Source: an uncultured Nitrospirales bacterium (lineage in GTDB: Bacteria > UBA10199 > JADGCS01). Taken from it: a stretch of 64,000 bases of DNA. Location: NCBI GenBank assembly GCA_964609965.1, contig CAZSTS010000001.1, forward strand, positions 3,191 to 67,190, written 5' to 3'. A model generated the notes under the pieces. The model was not told the origin of the DNA, did not search any database, and worked only from the letters and a program-made list of their open reading frames with translations. Of the stretch, positions 39,060 to 48,423 are shown one piece after another (positions within the stretch are counted from its first letter, which is position 1; each line of letters starts with the position of its first letter). The position numbers were made by a program, and so were the translations under genes.

Positions 39060-39147
39060 ACCTGCTGTTTCCCGCCTAGTGCTGAGAGCACATACGATCG
39101 TTCCTTTGAATTTTTTGCAAATCTTGTGAATGATGGGGATGTTTGAT
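39060..39147 (+). pseudogene. 3' remnant of the Cys-rich small gene (direct repeat copy B), no start codon
   Basis: In-frame ...[32 protein letters not shown] directly after a TAA stop. Confidence 0.7.
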
Positions 39148-39529
39148 GCGCTTGCCCTGAGCGATCCCGAGCTTGTCGAGGGAGAGTCGAAGGGTCTGAC
39201 GTGAGAAGAAAATCTTACATCCGGCAGTTTATATCTAACAGCTATTCTTTTATTTAGTATTTCCATGATATAATTACAAAATTCCATCTCAGTTTATTTT
39301 CATTTATCTAGCAACATCTCTTCCTCATTTTCGATAAGAATAATAATTATGGGTGACCGAAAGACAGGGTCATAGGGTATAGGATTAAACAAAAAAATAT
39401 AATGAGAAGATTTGGACACAATAGTGCCCGAAATCTTATTAAAATGGGAAACTTCAGTTGCTCAAGTGCGATCCTATTATAAGAATTGGTATGATAATGA
39501 CTTATGAGTAAATGATTAAGGAGACAACC

Positions 39530-42500
39530 ATGGCTAATCCAATCTATTCAGATATTTTAGATGTGAATGATAGTGGGCATTTTGATGTACCAGATACGCA
39601 TATCATTAAAAAATCTATCAAGGAACAGGATACACAAATTGCTTTACCACCAACAGAAGAGGGTGTTTTTTATATTGTTGATAGGTCTAATTTGTTTGCA
39701 GCATTTGAAGAAATAGAAGGGTGCGGGGAGCAAGGTAATTGTTCCGAGATCAATGGTAGAACTCTCCAAACTTCATTTTCTGTTTCTCGTCCATTAGCCC
39801 AAACCTTAAATGATCAGAAATTAGATCAAGTAACATTAGAAAATATCGATGTCTTTTTAAGGCAAATTGAAGGTTGGAACACTGATGGAGAGACAAAAAT
39901 CGATTGCATGTCACGTTTAATCGCAGCGCTTTTTCTTGATCCCAGTTCAATGCAGGAGAAAAAGAAATGGTTGGCAGATCACACAGGGGAGAATCCAAGT
40001 GAAAATTTCGTAGCCAGTGTTCAAGTTGTTAAAGAACGATTAGAAGTGGCACGGGATCCAGAAGTTCCGAATGAACAGCTTAGCCATGTCATTGAAATAT
40101 TCGACGTGTTTCTTGTTATGGCAGAGCTCAGCCAATATATTCATCAGGTAGAGGAATCTTCCTTAGATCCTGATGGATTTATGAGAGATATTAACATGGC
40201 AGATTTAGATGGGATGACTTTTTTTACAACGCGCGGTTTTTACGTCCCTAAAGCTATAACGTATGAAGATCGTGATGTCTATGCCGCTTACCTTAAGCTT
40301 GTAGAAAAGCATGTTGTTTTACATTATTATTTTAAATTTGGCATGTTTGAGTTTTTTGAGACACCTGAGCGTTTAATTAATACTCGTGTTGTTATTTCTG
40401 CAGAGGAAAATCCCGAATCAGGACAGATTGAAAAACCAAGAGTTGAACTGAGAAAAAGTTTAGATGGTGCATTCATGCCATCAATCAGAAAGGCTTTTCT
40501 GGATGGGTTAGAAGGGCCAAAAGAGTGGGCAGAAAAAGTCTTTGATGAAGGTGTCATGAAATTGCCTGAAACTGAGGCGCATCCGTTATACCAAGTATTT
40601 GGTAATGTTTTTTTAACCTTAGATACTGATTCTACCAATCTGTCAGGAGCATTAACAGGCTTGGTTGTCTGGGAAGAGGGCGTTGAGGAAGGGGATAAAA
40701 CACCTGAGGCAACTTGGCAGCGACTTCTTGGCGAAGTGGAGACATATCCTGTCATTGCCTTGAAGAAAATGTCTCTTTACGTGACTTACGAAGCCATGGG
40801 AAGAGTAAACGATTATGAGCAATTGAGTCGAGAAGACTGGTGTGCGCTTTATGCACTTGGTCCAAGGCCAGGAACACCACAAGAAGTCATTGATGCCTTT
40901 AATAACAGTGCGAGAAATTGGGTTTTTGGAATTAATCCAAGTTTTCTAAACACAGATGGTAATCCAGAAGGTGCGGAAACAAAAAAGGAACCTATTGAGG
41001 AATACATTGATCTCATCCATGAGTTGCATTCGCAAGATGAAGGTGGAATTTCTGATGAAGTTTTTCTGGCACATAGGGAGTACATAAAAAAGCTTATCTA
41101 TTTGCAAGGTTTAATGCTTTTGGGCCAAGAAACAACAGACGATGGTATGTTGGCTTCACTTTCCACAGTGAGCCTGGCATTGCAAAACCTGTACCGTGGT
41201 GATGAAGCTGCCTATCGAGAGGCTTTTGTTTTATTTGAGGAGTTTAAGGTCGATGAAATCATTGATGAGACAGGCTTGGATGTTGGAAACATTAATGCAG
41301 AGTGGTTATTTGATTTAAGAGAACAAGCTGATGAAATGAGGGAAGATATAAAGTTCACGGCCCTTTATACACAAAACCAGCAGATTCTTGAAGCCACTGG
41401 AGATCTCAAAGATGACCTACAAACAATACAAGATGGCATCACTACACTGATTGATGGACAGAGACAAATATTAGACCAAGCTGACGAACAACTTGGAGAA
41501 TTTAATTTCAAAAACTTAGCTGCTAGCACAGGTCGAACGGTTGTTAGAGCTGTCATAGATAAGAGAGTAGATGCAATTACGGATTTGGCTGATGAACTCA
41601 TCATTGGTATTTCGCAAAGCATTACATTTGACGGTGACATTAAAGATGGTCTTGTTCAGCTAGGAGAGAACTGCGCTGATTTTGCCTTTGCGCAGATGAG
41701 GGCTATTTTAGAAAGGCTCATGGCCAATAATCAAGAAATGAGAGAAATTTTTGGGCCTTTCATAGAAATGATAGAAGATGGCGATGTTTCTGTAGATGAG
41801 CTTAGAACGCTTTTAAATACAATCAAAACAGAGAATCCCGCTCTATTAGATTTATTGTCAGTGGATCTTCCAGAGCTAGAGGCTCTCATTGATGAAATAG
41901 AATTTTACAGAGGAATAGTAGACGATATTCTCGGAATTATTGGAACAGTGACAGCGTTGGTTGATGCCTTTGAGAGCTACGCAAGAGATATTGAAAGAGT
42001 TGGAAAGGCAATTGCTGATAGACCCACAAATATTGTTGCTCTGTGGCAGAGCAATAAAGAAACTCTTATGCAGCATGAGGCAAGTATCCAGGGATTGCTT
42101 GACACACTTGAAACTCAGATCAGTGAATTTTCAGAGGGGATAGAAGGTCGCTACGCTAATTCGCCCGTAGTAACAATTCTCAATGAAGTGGCTGCTTCTG
42201 TAGGAAAAACAAAAGAGGTCTTAGAGGTTCTTTCTTTTACAAAACTCAATGAGATGATCAACAAACTTGCAAGAAAGCTTGCTGAGCATCTATCTTGGGT
42301 CAACAGAGGCTTCATTGATCTTAATTATGGAGAGTATGGCTTTCAGACAGGTTTAGCCCTGGAACAAGAACTCTGGAATTTCTTAAGACTTGGTGGGACA
42401 ACCTATTTTGATACCTCTCACACCCTTGGTTTTGAGGGACATGTTTGCTTGTCTGCTAAAGCAAATGATCTCACTTTTGATGGTTGTGCTGGTGTGGGTG

Positions 42501-42760
42501 GTCCGTTTAGAGCAGCTCCTGGAGAGAAGGCTCATAAGCTTGTTCCTCAAGATCCGTACGGCTTTGCTTCTTTCTTGGTTGGCATGAGAGGCTTAGGTCG
42601 ATTAGGCGTTACCTATAGCAGAGATTTTGGTATTGTGGGAGATTACCCTCCTTCAAATCGCCTAAGTATAGTTTTCATGGTTGCTCCTATACCTACTAAG
42701 GGCAAAAAGATTGAAGAAGAAGAGCCTGTTTTGACGATCCAGGCTCCAGACGATGAGTAA
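39530..42760 (+). CDS. Large acidic hypothetical protein (1077 aa from Met 7), orphan
   Basis: Start at the ATG preceded by taaggag. No signal peptide and no recognisable motifs. Central coiled-coil-like region and a Gly/aromatic-rich C-terminus. Confidence 0.6.
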   Translation: MANPIYSDILDVNDSGHFDVPDTHIIKKSIKEQDTQIALPPTEEGVFYIVDRSNLFAAFEEIEGCGEQGNCSEINGRTLQTSFSVSRPLAQTLNDQKLDQVTLENIDVFLRQIEGWNTDGETKIDCMSRLIAALFLDPSSMQEKKKWLADHTGENPSENFVASVQVVKERLEVARDPEVPNEQLSHVIEIFDVFLVMAELSQYIHQVEESSLDPDGFMRDINMADLDGMTFFTTRGFYVPKAITYEDRDVYAAYLKLVEKHVVLHYYFKFGMFEFFETPERLINTRVVISAEENPESGQIEKPRVELRKSLDGAFMPSIRKAFLDGLEGPKEWAEKVFDEGVMKLPETEAHPLYQVFGNVFLTLDTDSTNLSGALTGLVVWEEGVEEGDKTPEATWQRLLGEVETYPVIALKKMSLYVTYEAMGRVNDYEQLSREDWCALYALGPRPGTPQEVIDAFNNSARNWVFGINPSFLNTDGNPEGAETKKEPIEEYIDLIHELHSQDEGGISDEVFLAHREYIKKLIYLQGLMLLGQETTDDGMLASLSTVSLALQNLYRGDEAAYREAFVLFEEFKVDEIIDETGLDVGNINAEWLFDLREQADEMREDIKFTALYTQNQQILEATGDLKDDLQTIQDGITTLIDGQRQILDQADEQLGEFNFKNLAASTGRTVVRAVIDKRVDAITDLADELIIGISQSITFDGDIKDGLVQLGENCADFAFAQMRAILERLMANNQEMREIFGPFIEMIEDGDVSVDELRTLLNTIKTENPALLDLLSVDLPELEALIDEIEFYRGIVDDILGIIGTVTALVDAFESYARDIERVGKAIADRPTNIVALWQSNKETLMQHEASIQGLLDTLETQISEFSEGIEGRYANSPVVTILNEVAASVGKTKEVLEVLSFTKLNEMINKLARKLAEHLSWVNRGFIDLNYGEYGFQTGLALEQELWNFLRLGGTTYFDTSHTLGFEGHVCLSAKANDLTFDGCAGVGGPFRAAPGEKAHKLVPQDPYGFASFLVGMRGLGRLGVTYSRDFGIVGDYPPSNRLSIVFMVAPIPTKGKKIEEEEPVLTIQAPDDE

Positions 42761-42765
42761 TCTTT

Positions 42766-42806
42766 CATAAAAAAAGGCGATCCTGATGGATCGCCTTTGT
42801 AATTTT
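42766..42806. terminator. Bidirectional rho-independent terminator (aaaggcgatcc/ggatcgccttt) between large ORF and dnaK
   Basis: 11-bp stem with an A-tract upstream and a T-rich tract downstream. Confidence 0.7.
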
Positions 42807-42831
42807 CGATTATGAAGCCTGTATCCTGTGA

Positions 42832-44757
42832 CTATTCCTTACTCTCTTCGTATTCAGCGTCGACAACATCATCATCTTTTTTCTTTTCTTCGCCAGCATC
42901 AGCGGCACCTGGATCTTGTTGGGCTTGCTGCTCTTTGGCTTGATCAGCTTGTTGTTGCTTGTACATGACTTCGCCGATTTTGAGTGAGGCTTGTTGTAAG
43001 TCATCAAAGGCCTTTTTGATGTCGTCATCATTAGCAGACTCAAGAGCCTTTTTAGCCTTTTCGATTTCATCTTCGATCTTTTTGACTTCTTCTGCAGGAA
43101 GTTTGTCTTTATGCTCTTTAAGAACTTTTTCGGATTCATAGACTAAAGACTCTGTTTTGTTCTTGGTTTCGATGCCTTCACGCTTTTTCTTGTCTTCGGA
43201 TTCATGTTCCTTGGCTTCGTTAACCATTTTTTCGATATCATCCTTTGGAAGATTTGAACCAGCAGTAATTGTGATCTTTTGTTCTTTGTTTGTAGCCTTG
43301 TCGATAGCTGTGACATGCACAATACCGTTGGCGTCGATGTCGAAAGTTACTTCAACTTGAGGAATGCCTCGTGGTGAAGGAGGAATGCCGTCTAAGTGAA
43401 AACGTCCTAATGAACGGTTAGAAGCGGCCATTTCACGTTCACCTTGGAGAACGTGGACTTCGACCGAAGTTTGATTATCGGCTGCTGTTGAAAAAATCTG
43501 AGATTTTTTCACAGGAATAGTTGTGTTACGATCAATAATCTTTGTGAATACACTACCAAGTGTTTCGATTCCAAGTGAAAGAGGGGTAACGTCGAGTAAG
43601 AGCATGTCTTTGACATCACCAGCTAAAACACCACCTTGAACTGCAGCACCGCTAGCCACGACTTCGTCAGGGTTAACGCCCATGTGAGGCTCTTTGCCAA
43701 AGAATTTTATCACTTCTTCGCGCACTTTAGGCATACGGGTTTGACCACCGACGAGAATAACTTCGTTGATGTCTGATGGTTTTTTTCCTGCATCATCGAG
43801 ACATTTTTTCACAGGGATAAAAGATTTTTCGATCATCTCTGAACAAAGTGATTCAAGTTTTGATCGCGTCATATTAACGTTTAAGTGCTTGGGGCCACTA
43901 GCATCTGCTGTGAGGAAGGGCAGGTTGATTTCCGTTTCCATAGCTGAAGAGAGTTCGATCTTGGCTTTTTCTGCAGCTTCTTTCAGACGTTGGAGGACCA
44001 TTTTGTCGGATGATACATCAAGGCCTTGGTCTTTTTTGAATTCGCTCATGAGGTAATCAATAACGACTTGGTCAATGTTATCACCACCTAAGTGGGTGTC
44101 ACCATTAGTGGCGACCACTTCGACCACATTGTCACCAACTTCGAGAATCGAAATATCAAAAGTACCACCACCAAAGTCATAAACTGCGATGAGTTCATTC
44201 TTTTTCTTATCGAGTCCGTAACTCAAGGCTGCGGCAGTTGGTTCGTTAATGATTCTTTTAACTTCGAGTCCAGCGATTTTGCCGGCATCTTTTGTGGCTT
44301 GTCGTTGGGAATCGTTAAAGTAGGCAGGTACAGTGATGACTGCTTCTTTGATGGGTTCGCCAACATAATCTTCGGCAGCTTTTTTGAGCTTTTGAATGAT
44401 TTTTGCAGAGATTTCTTCTGGAGAAAACACTTTAGTATCAATTTCTACAGCTGCGCCACCACTTTTGTGATCAACAACCTTGTAAGGGACTAATTTGATT
44501 TCTTCGGACACTTCATCTTTGCGACGGCCCATGAAACGTTTGATTGAATAAATTGTTTTTTCGGGATTGGTGATGGCTTGTCTTTTCGCGGCTTGTCCAA
44601 CGAGAGTTTCGCCATCTTTTGTATAGGCAACAACAGAGGGAGTTGTGCGGGTACCTTCTTGGTTAGCAATTACTTTTGGTTCTGATCCTTCCATAATAGC
44701 TACGCATGAGTTTGTTGTTCCTAGGTCAATTCCTATAATTTTTGATTTAGTTGCCAT
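42832..44757 (-). CDS. dnaK: Chaperone DnaK (Hsp70)
   Basis: [21 protein letters not shown], and an acidic [16 protein letters not shown]-terminus. Not followed by grpE or dnaJ. Confidence 0.95.
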   Translation of the reverse strand: MATKSKIIGIDLGTTNSCVAIMEGSEPKVIANQEGTRTTPSVVAYTKDGETLVGQAAKRQAITNPEKTIYSIKRFMGRRKDEVSEEIKLVPYKVVDHKSGGAAVEIDTKVFSPEEISAKIIQKLKKAAEDYVGEPIKEAVITVPAYFNDSQRQATKDAGKIAGLEVKRIINEPTAAALSYGLDKKKNELIAVYDFGGGTFDISILEVGDNVVEVVATNGDTHLGGDNIDQVVIDYLMSEFKKDQGLDVSSDKMVLQRLKEAAEKAKIELSSAMETEINLPFLTADASGPKHLNVNMTRSKLESLCSEMIEKSFIPVKKCLDDAGKKPSDINEVILVGGQTRMPKVREEVIKFFGKEPHMGVNPDEVVASGAAVQGGVLAGDVKDMLLLDVTPLSLGIETLGSVFTKIIDRNTTIPVKKSQIFSTAADNQTSVEVHVLQGEREMAASNRSLGRFHLDGIPPSPRGIPQVEVTFDIDANGIVHVTAIDKATNKEQKITITAGSNLPKDDIEKMVNEAKEHESEDKKKREGIETKNKTESLVYESEKVLKEHKDKLPAEEVKKIEDEIEKAKKALESANDDDIKKAFDDLQQASLKIGEVMYKQQQADQAKEQQAQQDPGAADAGEEKKKDDDVVDAEYEESKE

Positions 44758-45021
44758 TTGTTCTTCTCCTATTTTCTAAACTGTTTATGTAATACACGTT
44801 CTGTGTGCTAAGCTATAAGTTAAGCTCGAAGTCCTTGCTGTCAACCCCCCGAAGTAGTTAAAGTTCCATTATTCTTTTCTTAACAAATCTTAGCTAAATG
44901 ACGCGCAGGGTCAAGAAAACAGACTTGTAATTAGTGAATGAAAACCAACCATTATAAAAGCGCTCAAAGATGCCTTCTAAGAGTCGAATTGATTTTTAAT
45001 TGCGAGTAGTAGAATTCACAA

Positions 45022-45049
45022 ATATATGTGGTGTCTACACCCCATATAT
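45022..45049. promoter_or_regulatory. Palindromic operator-like site ATATATGTGGTGT-cta-CACCCCATATAT
   Basis: 12/13-bp inverted repeat, 55-80 bp upstream of the 45104 operon. Confidence 0.35.
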
Positions 45050-45103
45050 GGTAAATTTATGATATTACTTTGTTAGTGGCTAGTAGCTAGTAGCTTGTGA
45101 CTT

Positions 45104-45805
45104 GTGATATCGAGTCATGAAGAACGAGCGACGAGGAACGGATCCATGGTCGATAGAGTCGAAAACAGATTCGAGCAACCACATTTATATAGAGTAGATG
45201 GCACTAGAGATGCGCTCGAAGAAGAAAGAAGCAAAGACGGAAATGAAGGCGAAGACGAGGGCGAACCTGATAATTTTGATAAGCTCCGCGACAGCGATGA
45301 TTTAAGGTCTCTCTTTAATAAGGCTCATCTTTGGCAAAGAAATATCGAAGTCAAAGTTGAAGACATTGATAAAATCAAAGTTCTTGGTGTAAATCTCAAG
45401 ACTGATCCCTCTTTGTTAAAAATCAGGATATTTCTTTATGACGGACAAGTAATACCTACTGCTTTTCTTTCAATTTCTCGAGAGCTTGGGTTTAAGGTTC
45501 GCAGTCTTAAGGATACGGCGTTTATTGATGTGAATGTTTTGACAAAGGAACGGGTTTTACGCATCACAATGCCTAAAGATGAATCACAATTAGATGAAGA
45601 AATAACAAAAATTACAGGAACTGTTAAAGAAAAAACATTTTCTCAAACTTTTAAAAGACTAATTTCAAAAAAGAGCTGGTTTGAAAGGCTCGGGGTGCAA
45701 GATCCGGTTTCAAAAAAGGTTAATAATGAAATAGTCTGGGTATATATTACGGTCATTGCCTTAATCACAGTATTAAGTTTTGGCATAATGTATTTATTAA
45801 TATAA
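45104..45805 (+). CDS. Tail-anchored membrane protein, hypothetical (possible Hsp20-like core); GTG start or ATG at 45146
   Basis: C-terminal TM helix IVWVYITVIALITVLSFGIMYLLI. Stop overlaps the kinase start codon. Confidence 0.5.
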   Translation: MISSHEERATRNGSMVDRVENRFEQPHLYRVDGTRDALEEERSKDGNEGEDEGEPDNFDKLRDSDDLRSLFNKAHLWQRNIEVKVEDIDKIKVLGVNLKTDPSLLKIRIFLYDGQVIPTAFLSISRELGFKVRSLKDTAFIDVNVLTKERVLRITMPKDESQLDEEITKITGTVKEKTFSQTFKRLISKKSWFERLGVQDPVSKKVNNEIVWVYITVIALITVLSFGIMYLLI

Positions 45806-48411
45806 TGGCAAAATTCGAACCAAAACCTTTCGGAAAGCATTTTCTTACAGACCGCATAGCCATTGGCGGCATGGCCGAGATTTATAAAGCCAAGACTTTT
45901 GGTGTTGATGGCTTTGAGAAGGTTTTGGCTATCAAAAAAATCCTCGCTCATTACTCTGCCGACAAAGAATTCATTACCATGCTCACTGACGAAGCTAAGT
46001 TAGTGGTGAATTTATCTCATGCGAATATTGTTCAAGTATATGATTTAGGGCGTGTGGGAGATGATTATTTTATTTCAATGGAGTACATTGACGGTATTAA
46101 TCTGAGAGATTTGATTGAGCGTAGCCGCGAATTAGACGAAGCTGTGCCCATTGATGTGGCTGTTTATGTTCTTTCGGAGGTTTGTCGAGGCTTAGATTAT
46201 GCTCATAACAGAAAAGATGTCGAAGGTAAGCCGCTAAAAATTATTCATCGAGATATTTCACCCCAAAATATTCTTGTTTCTTATGATGGCGGTGTCAAAA
46301 TTGTAGATTTTGGCATTGCAAAGGCTGCCTATAATCTTTCTCAAACACACGCAGGTATTCTCAAGGGAAAAGTCAATTACATGGCCCCGGAGCAGGCTTT
46401 TGGCAAGCCTATGGATCATCGGTCAGATATTTTTTCATTGGGAATAGTGCTTTTTGAACTTCTCACGAATAAAAGACTTTTCCATGGCGAAACGCAGATG
46501 GAGATTCTCAAAAAAATCCGTAACAATAAAATCACAGAAGCCACTTTTGAAAAAGAAGAAATCCCCGCGTTTCTTAAACCTCTCATCGCTAAGTCATTAG
46601 CTTATTCACCAAATAAACGCTATGGATCAGCTGCTGATTTGCAAATTGATCTTACAAGAATTCTTTATTCCACGTATAATGATTTTACGCCCAGAAAACT
46701 CACCGAATTGTTAGACCGTTGGTTTTCGGACCGCAGACCCAACGATGATGATCCTGAGGATGATGAACGCGAAACAGTATTAGTGAGCTCTACAGATAAT
46801 CAAGTCGATCAGCAAATCAACATTGTTCATCGTGACGAATCACTAGATTTAGACAAAGATTCATTAGATGTTGATATGCAAGAAGAGACTATAAGTCCCG
46901 AAGATGGCTTAACTGGTGACTATTTTAAAGAACCTGATGATGATATTGATGATGATATTAAAGATGAGCACATAGAAAAAACTGAAAAAACAGAAAAAAG
47001 CGAGGTCACTCATCCTCGGGAAACAATTGATGATCTTCTGAGAAGAAAGGAGACACAAAGAATCAAGGCCTATAGGCGAACATCCATCTGGGTGATTATC
47101 TTTTTTATTTTCTGCTTAGTCTTTGGTTATTACTTATTTAACAAATATCATGAAGAGATTTTTAATTTTATCAACGGTCAAGAAATAGAAGTAGTGCCCA
47201 TTGATCCAAACGAAATTAACCAAGAAAAGCCAAGTCTGAAAATAGTTTCTGAACCCTCTGGAGCCTCTGTTTGGTTCAATGGTGAAAAAACTCAAAAAAC
47301 GACACCAGCAGATATTGAAAGCATAGAACTCAACAAAAAACATTCAATAAAGCTAGTTCTCGAAGGTTTTGCTGAGGCCGAACAAGATATCACTCTCACA
47401 AAAACCGAAAACCAACTCCTCACGTTTAATCTTAAGGCAATCAGTGCTAAAACATATCCACTTGTTATTGAATCCACTCCTTCTGGAGCTCAGGTGTATC
47501 TTGATGGAAAAGATACTGGCAAAAAAACGCCTGCTCGCATCGAAAAGCTAATTGCAGAACAATCCTATAAGATCACACTCAAGTTAGATAAGTATGAGGC
47601 CTATGAAGAAACCGTGGTGCAAAAGAACGACAAAGAAAAGAAGGTTGAATCGATTCTTGTCCCCATTCCTTTAGCCTCTGTTGTTATTAGTTCCGCACCC
47701 AAGGGAGCTGATATTTATATCAACGGAGAAAAAACACCCCATCAAACGCCATACACGTTTAAAGATCTAAGTGTTCCTTCAAAATTAAGTGTTACTCTTA
47801 AAAAAGAAGGGTATCATGAGGTCGTAGAGGATTTTTCAATCGAAGCTGCAAAAAAATACAAGAAAGATCTTAAATTAAAAGAGATCATTGTTGAGGTCCC
47901 TGTAAAAGTGACTACAAATATCTCTGGTGCTCAGGTCTATATCGGCAAAAAGAAAATGGGAACAGCGCCTCTCACATTCAAACTTACTCCAGGAAGACAT
48001 AAATTATACGTAAAAAGAAATAAGTATCAAACTCAGTCAAAGACAGTATTGATTAATAAAAAAGACAAAGATTTAAAGAAGTATTATTTTAAGCTCATTA
48101 AAGAACCTGTTGCTGCAACAACAACGACAACTACCACTACCACAACAAAACCCGTTGATTCGCACACAACAATGAACACAACAACAACGAATGTGGCTCA
48201 GCAGGGAAAGTTGCGTGTGGACTCAAGCCCTCGAGGAGCAAGTGTGTCTATAAATGGAGCAGGGAAGGGCATTACGCCATTGGTAGTTAGCGGTTTACCA
48301 AAGAATAAATCATTAACAATATCAGTATCAAAAAAAGGTTATCGAACTTGGAAGAGAACCATTAATTTAACCAGAGATAGAACAGAAATTAGTGCTGTTC
48401 TTACAAAATAG
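45805..48411 (+). CDS. Membrane Ser/Thr protein kinase (Hanks-type) with five extracytoplasmic PEGA domains
   Basis: HRDISPQNILV, DFGIAK, APE. TM helix IWVIIFFIFCLVFGYYLF. Five PEGA repeats (e.g. SEPSGASVWFNGEKTQKTTP) and a poly-Thr linker. Confidence 0.85.
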   Translation: MAKFEPKPFGKHFLTDRIAIGGMAEIYKAKTFGVDGFEKVLAIKKILAHYSADKEFITMLTDEAKLVVNLSHANIVQVYDLGRVGDDYFISMEYIDGINLRDLIERSRELDEAVPIDVAVYVLSEVCRGLDYAHNRKDVEGKPLKIIHRDISPQNILVSYDGGVKIVDFGIAKAAYNLSQTHAGILKGKVNYMAPEQAFGKPMDHRSDIFSLGIVLFELLTNKRLFHGETQMEILKKIRNNKITEATFEKEEIPAFLKPLIAKSLAYSPNKRYGSAADLQIDLTRILYSTYNDFTPRKLTELLDRWFSDRRPNDDDPEDDERETVLVSSTDNQVDQQINIVHRDESLDLDKDSLDVDMQEETISPEDGLTGDYFKEPDDDIDDDIKDEHIEKTEKTEKSEVTHPRETIDDLLRRKETQRIKAYRRTSIWVIIFFIFCLVFGYYLFNKYHEEIFNFINGQEIEVVPIDPNEINQEKPSLKIVSEPSGASVWFNGEKTQKTTPADIESIELNKKHSIKLVLEGFAEAEQDITLTKTENQLLTFNLKAISAKTYPLVIESTPSGAQVYLDGKDTGKKTPARIEKLIAEQSYKITLKLDKYEAYEETVVQKNDKEKKVESILVPIPLASVVISSAPKGADIYINGEKTPHQTPYTFKDLSVPSKLSVTLKKEGYHEVVEDFSIEAAKKYKKDLKLKEIIVEVPVKVTTNISGAQVYIGKKKMGTAPLTFKLTPGRHKLYVKRNKYQTQSKTVLINKKDKDLKKYYFKLIKEPVAATTTTTTTTTTKPVDSHTTMNTTTTNVAQQGKLRVDSSPRGASVSINGAGKGITPLVVSGLPKNKSLTISVSKKGYRTWKRTINLTRDRTEISAVLTK

Positions 48412-48423
48412 GTGAGGCATATT

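Noticed and set aside
39045-39287. 80-aa minus-strand ORF in the track
   Set aside because: Overlaps the direct-repeat remnant and the untranslated leader of the large gene. No SD and no motif. Most likely spurious.
45040-45047. CCCCATAT sigma-32-like -10 hexamer near dnaK
   Set aside because: On the opposite strand relative to dnaK, with no suitably spaced CTTGAAA. Better explained as half of the 45022-45049 palindrome.
44758-45103. CIRCE (TTAGCACTC-N9-GAGTGCTAA) upstream of dnaK
   Set aside because: Only a weak gtgctaag fragment is present. No inverted partner.
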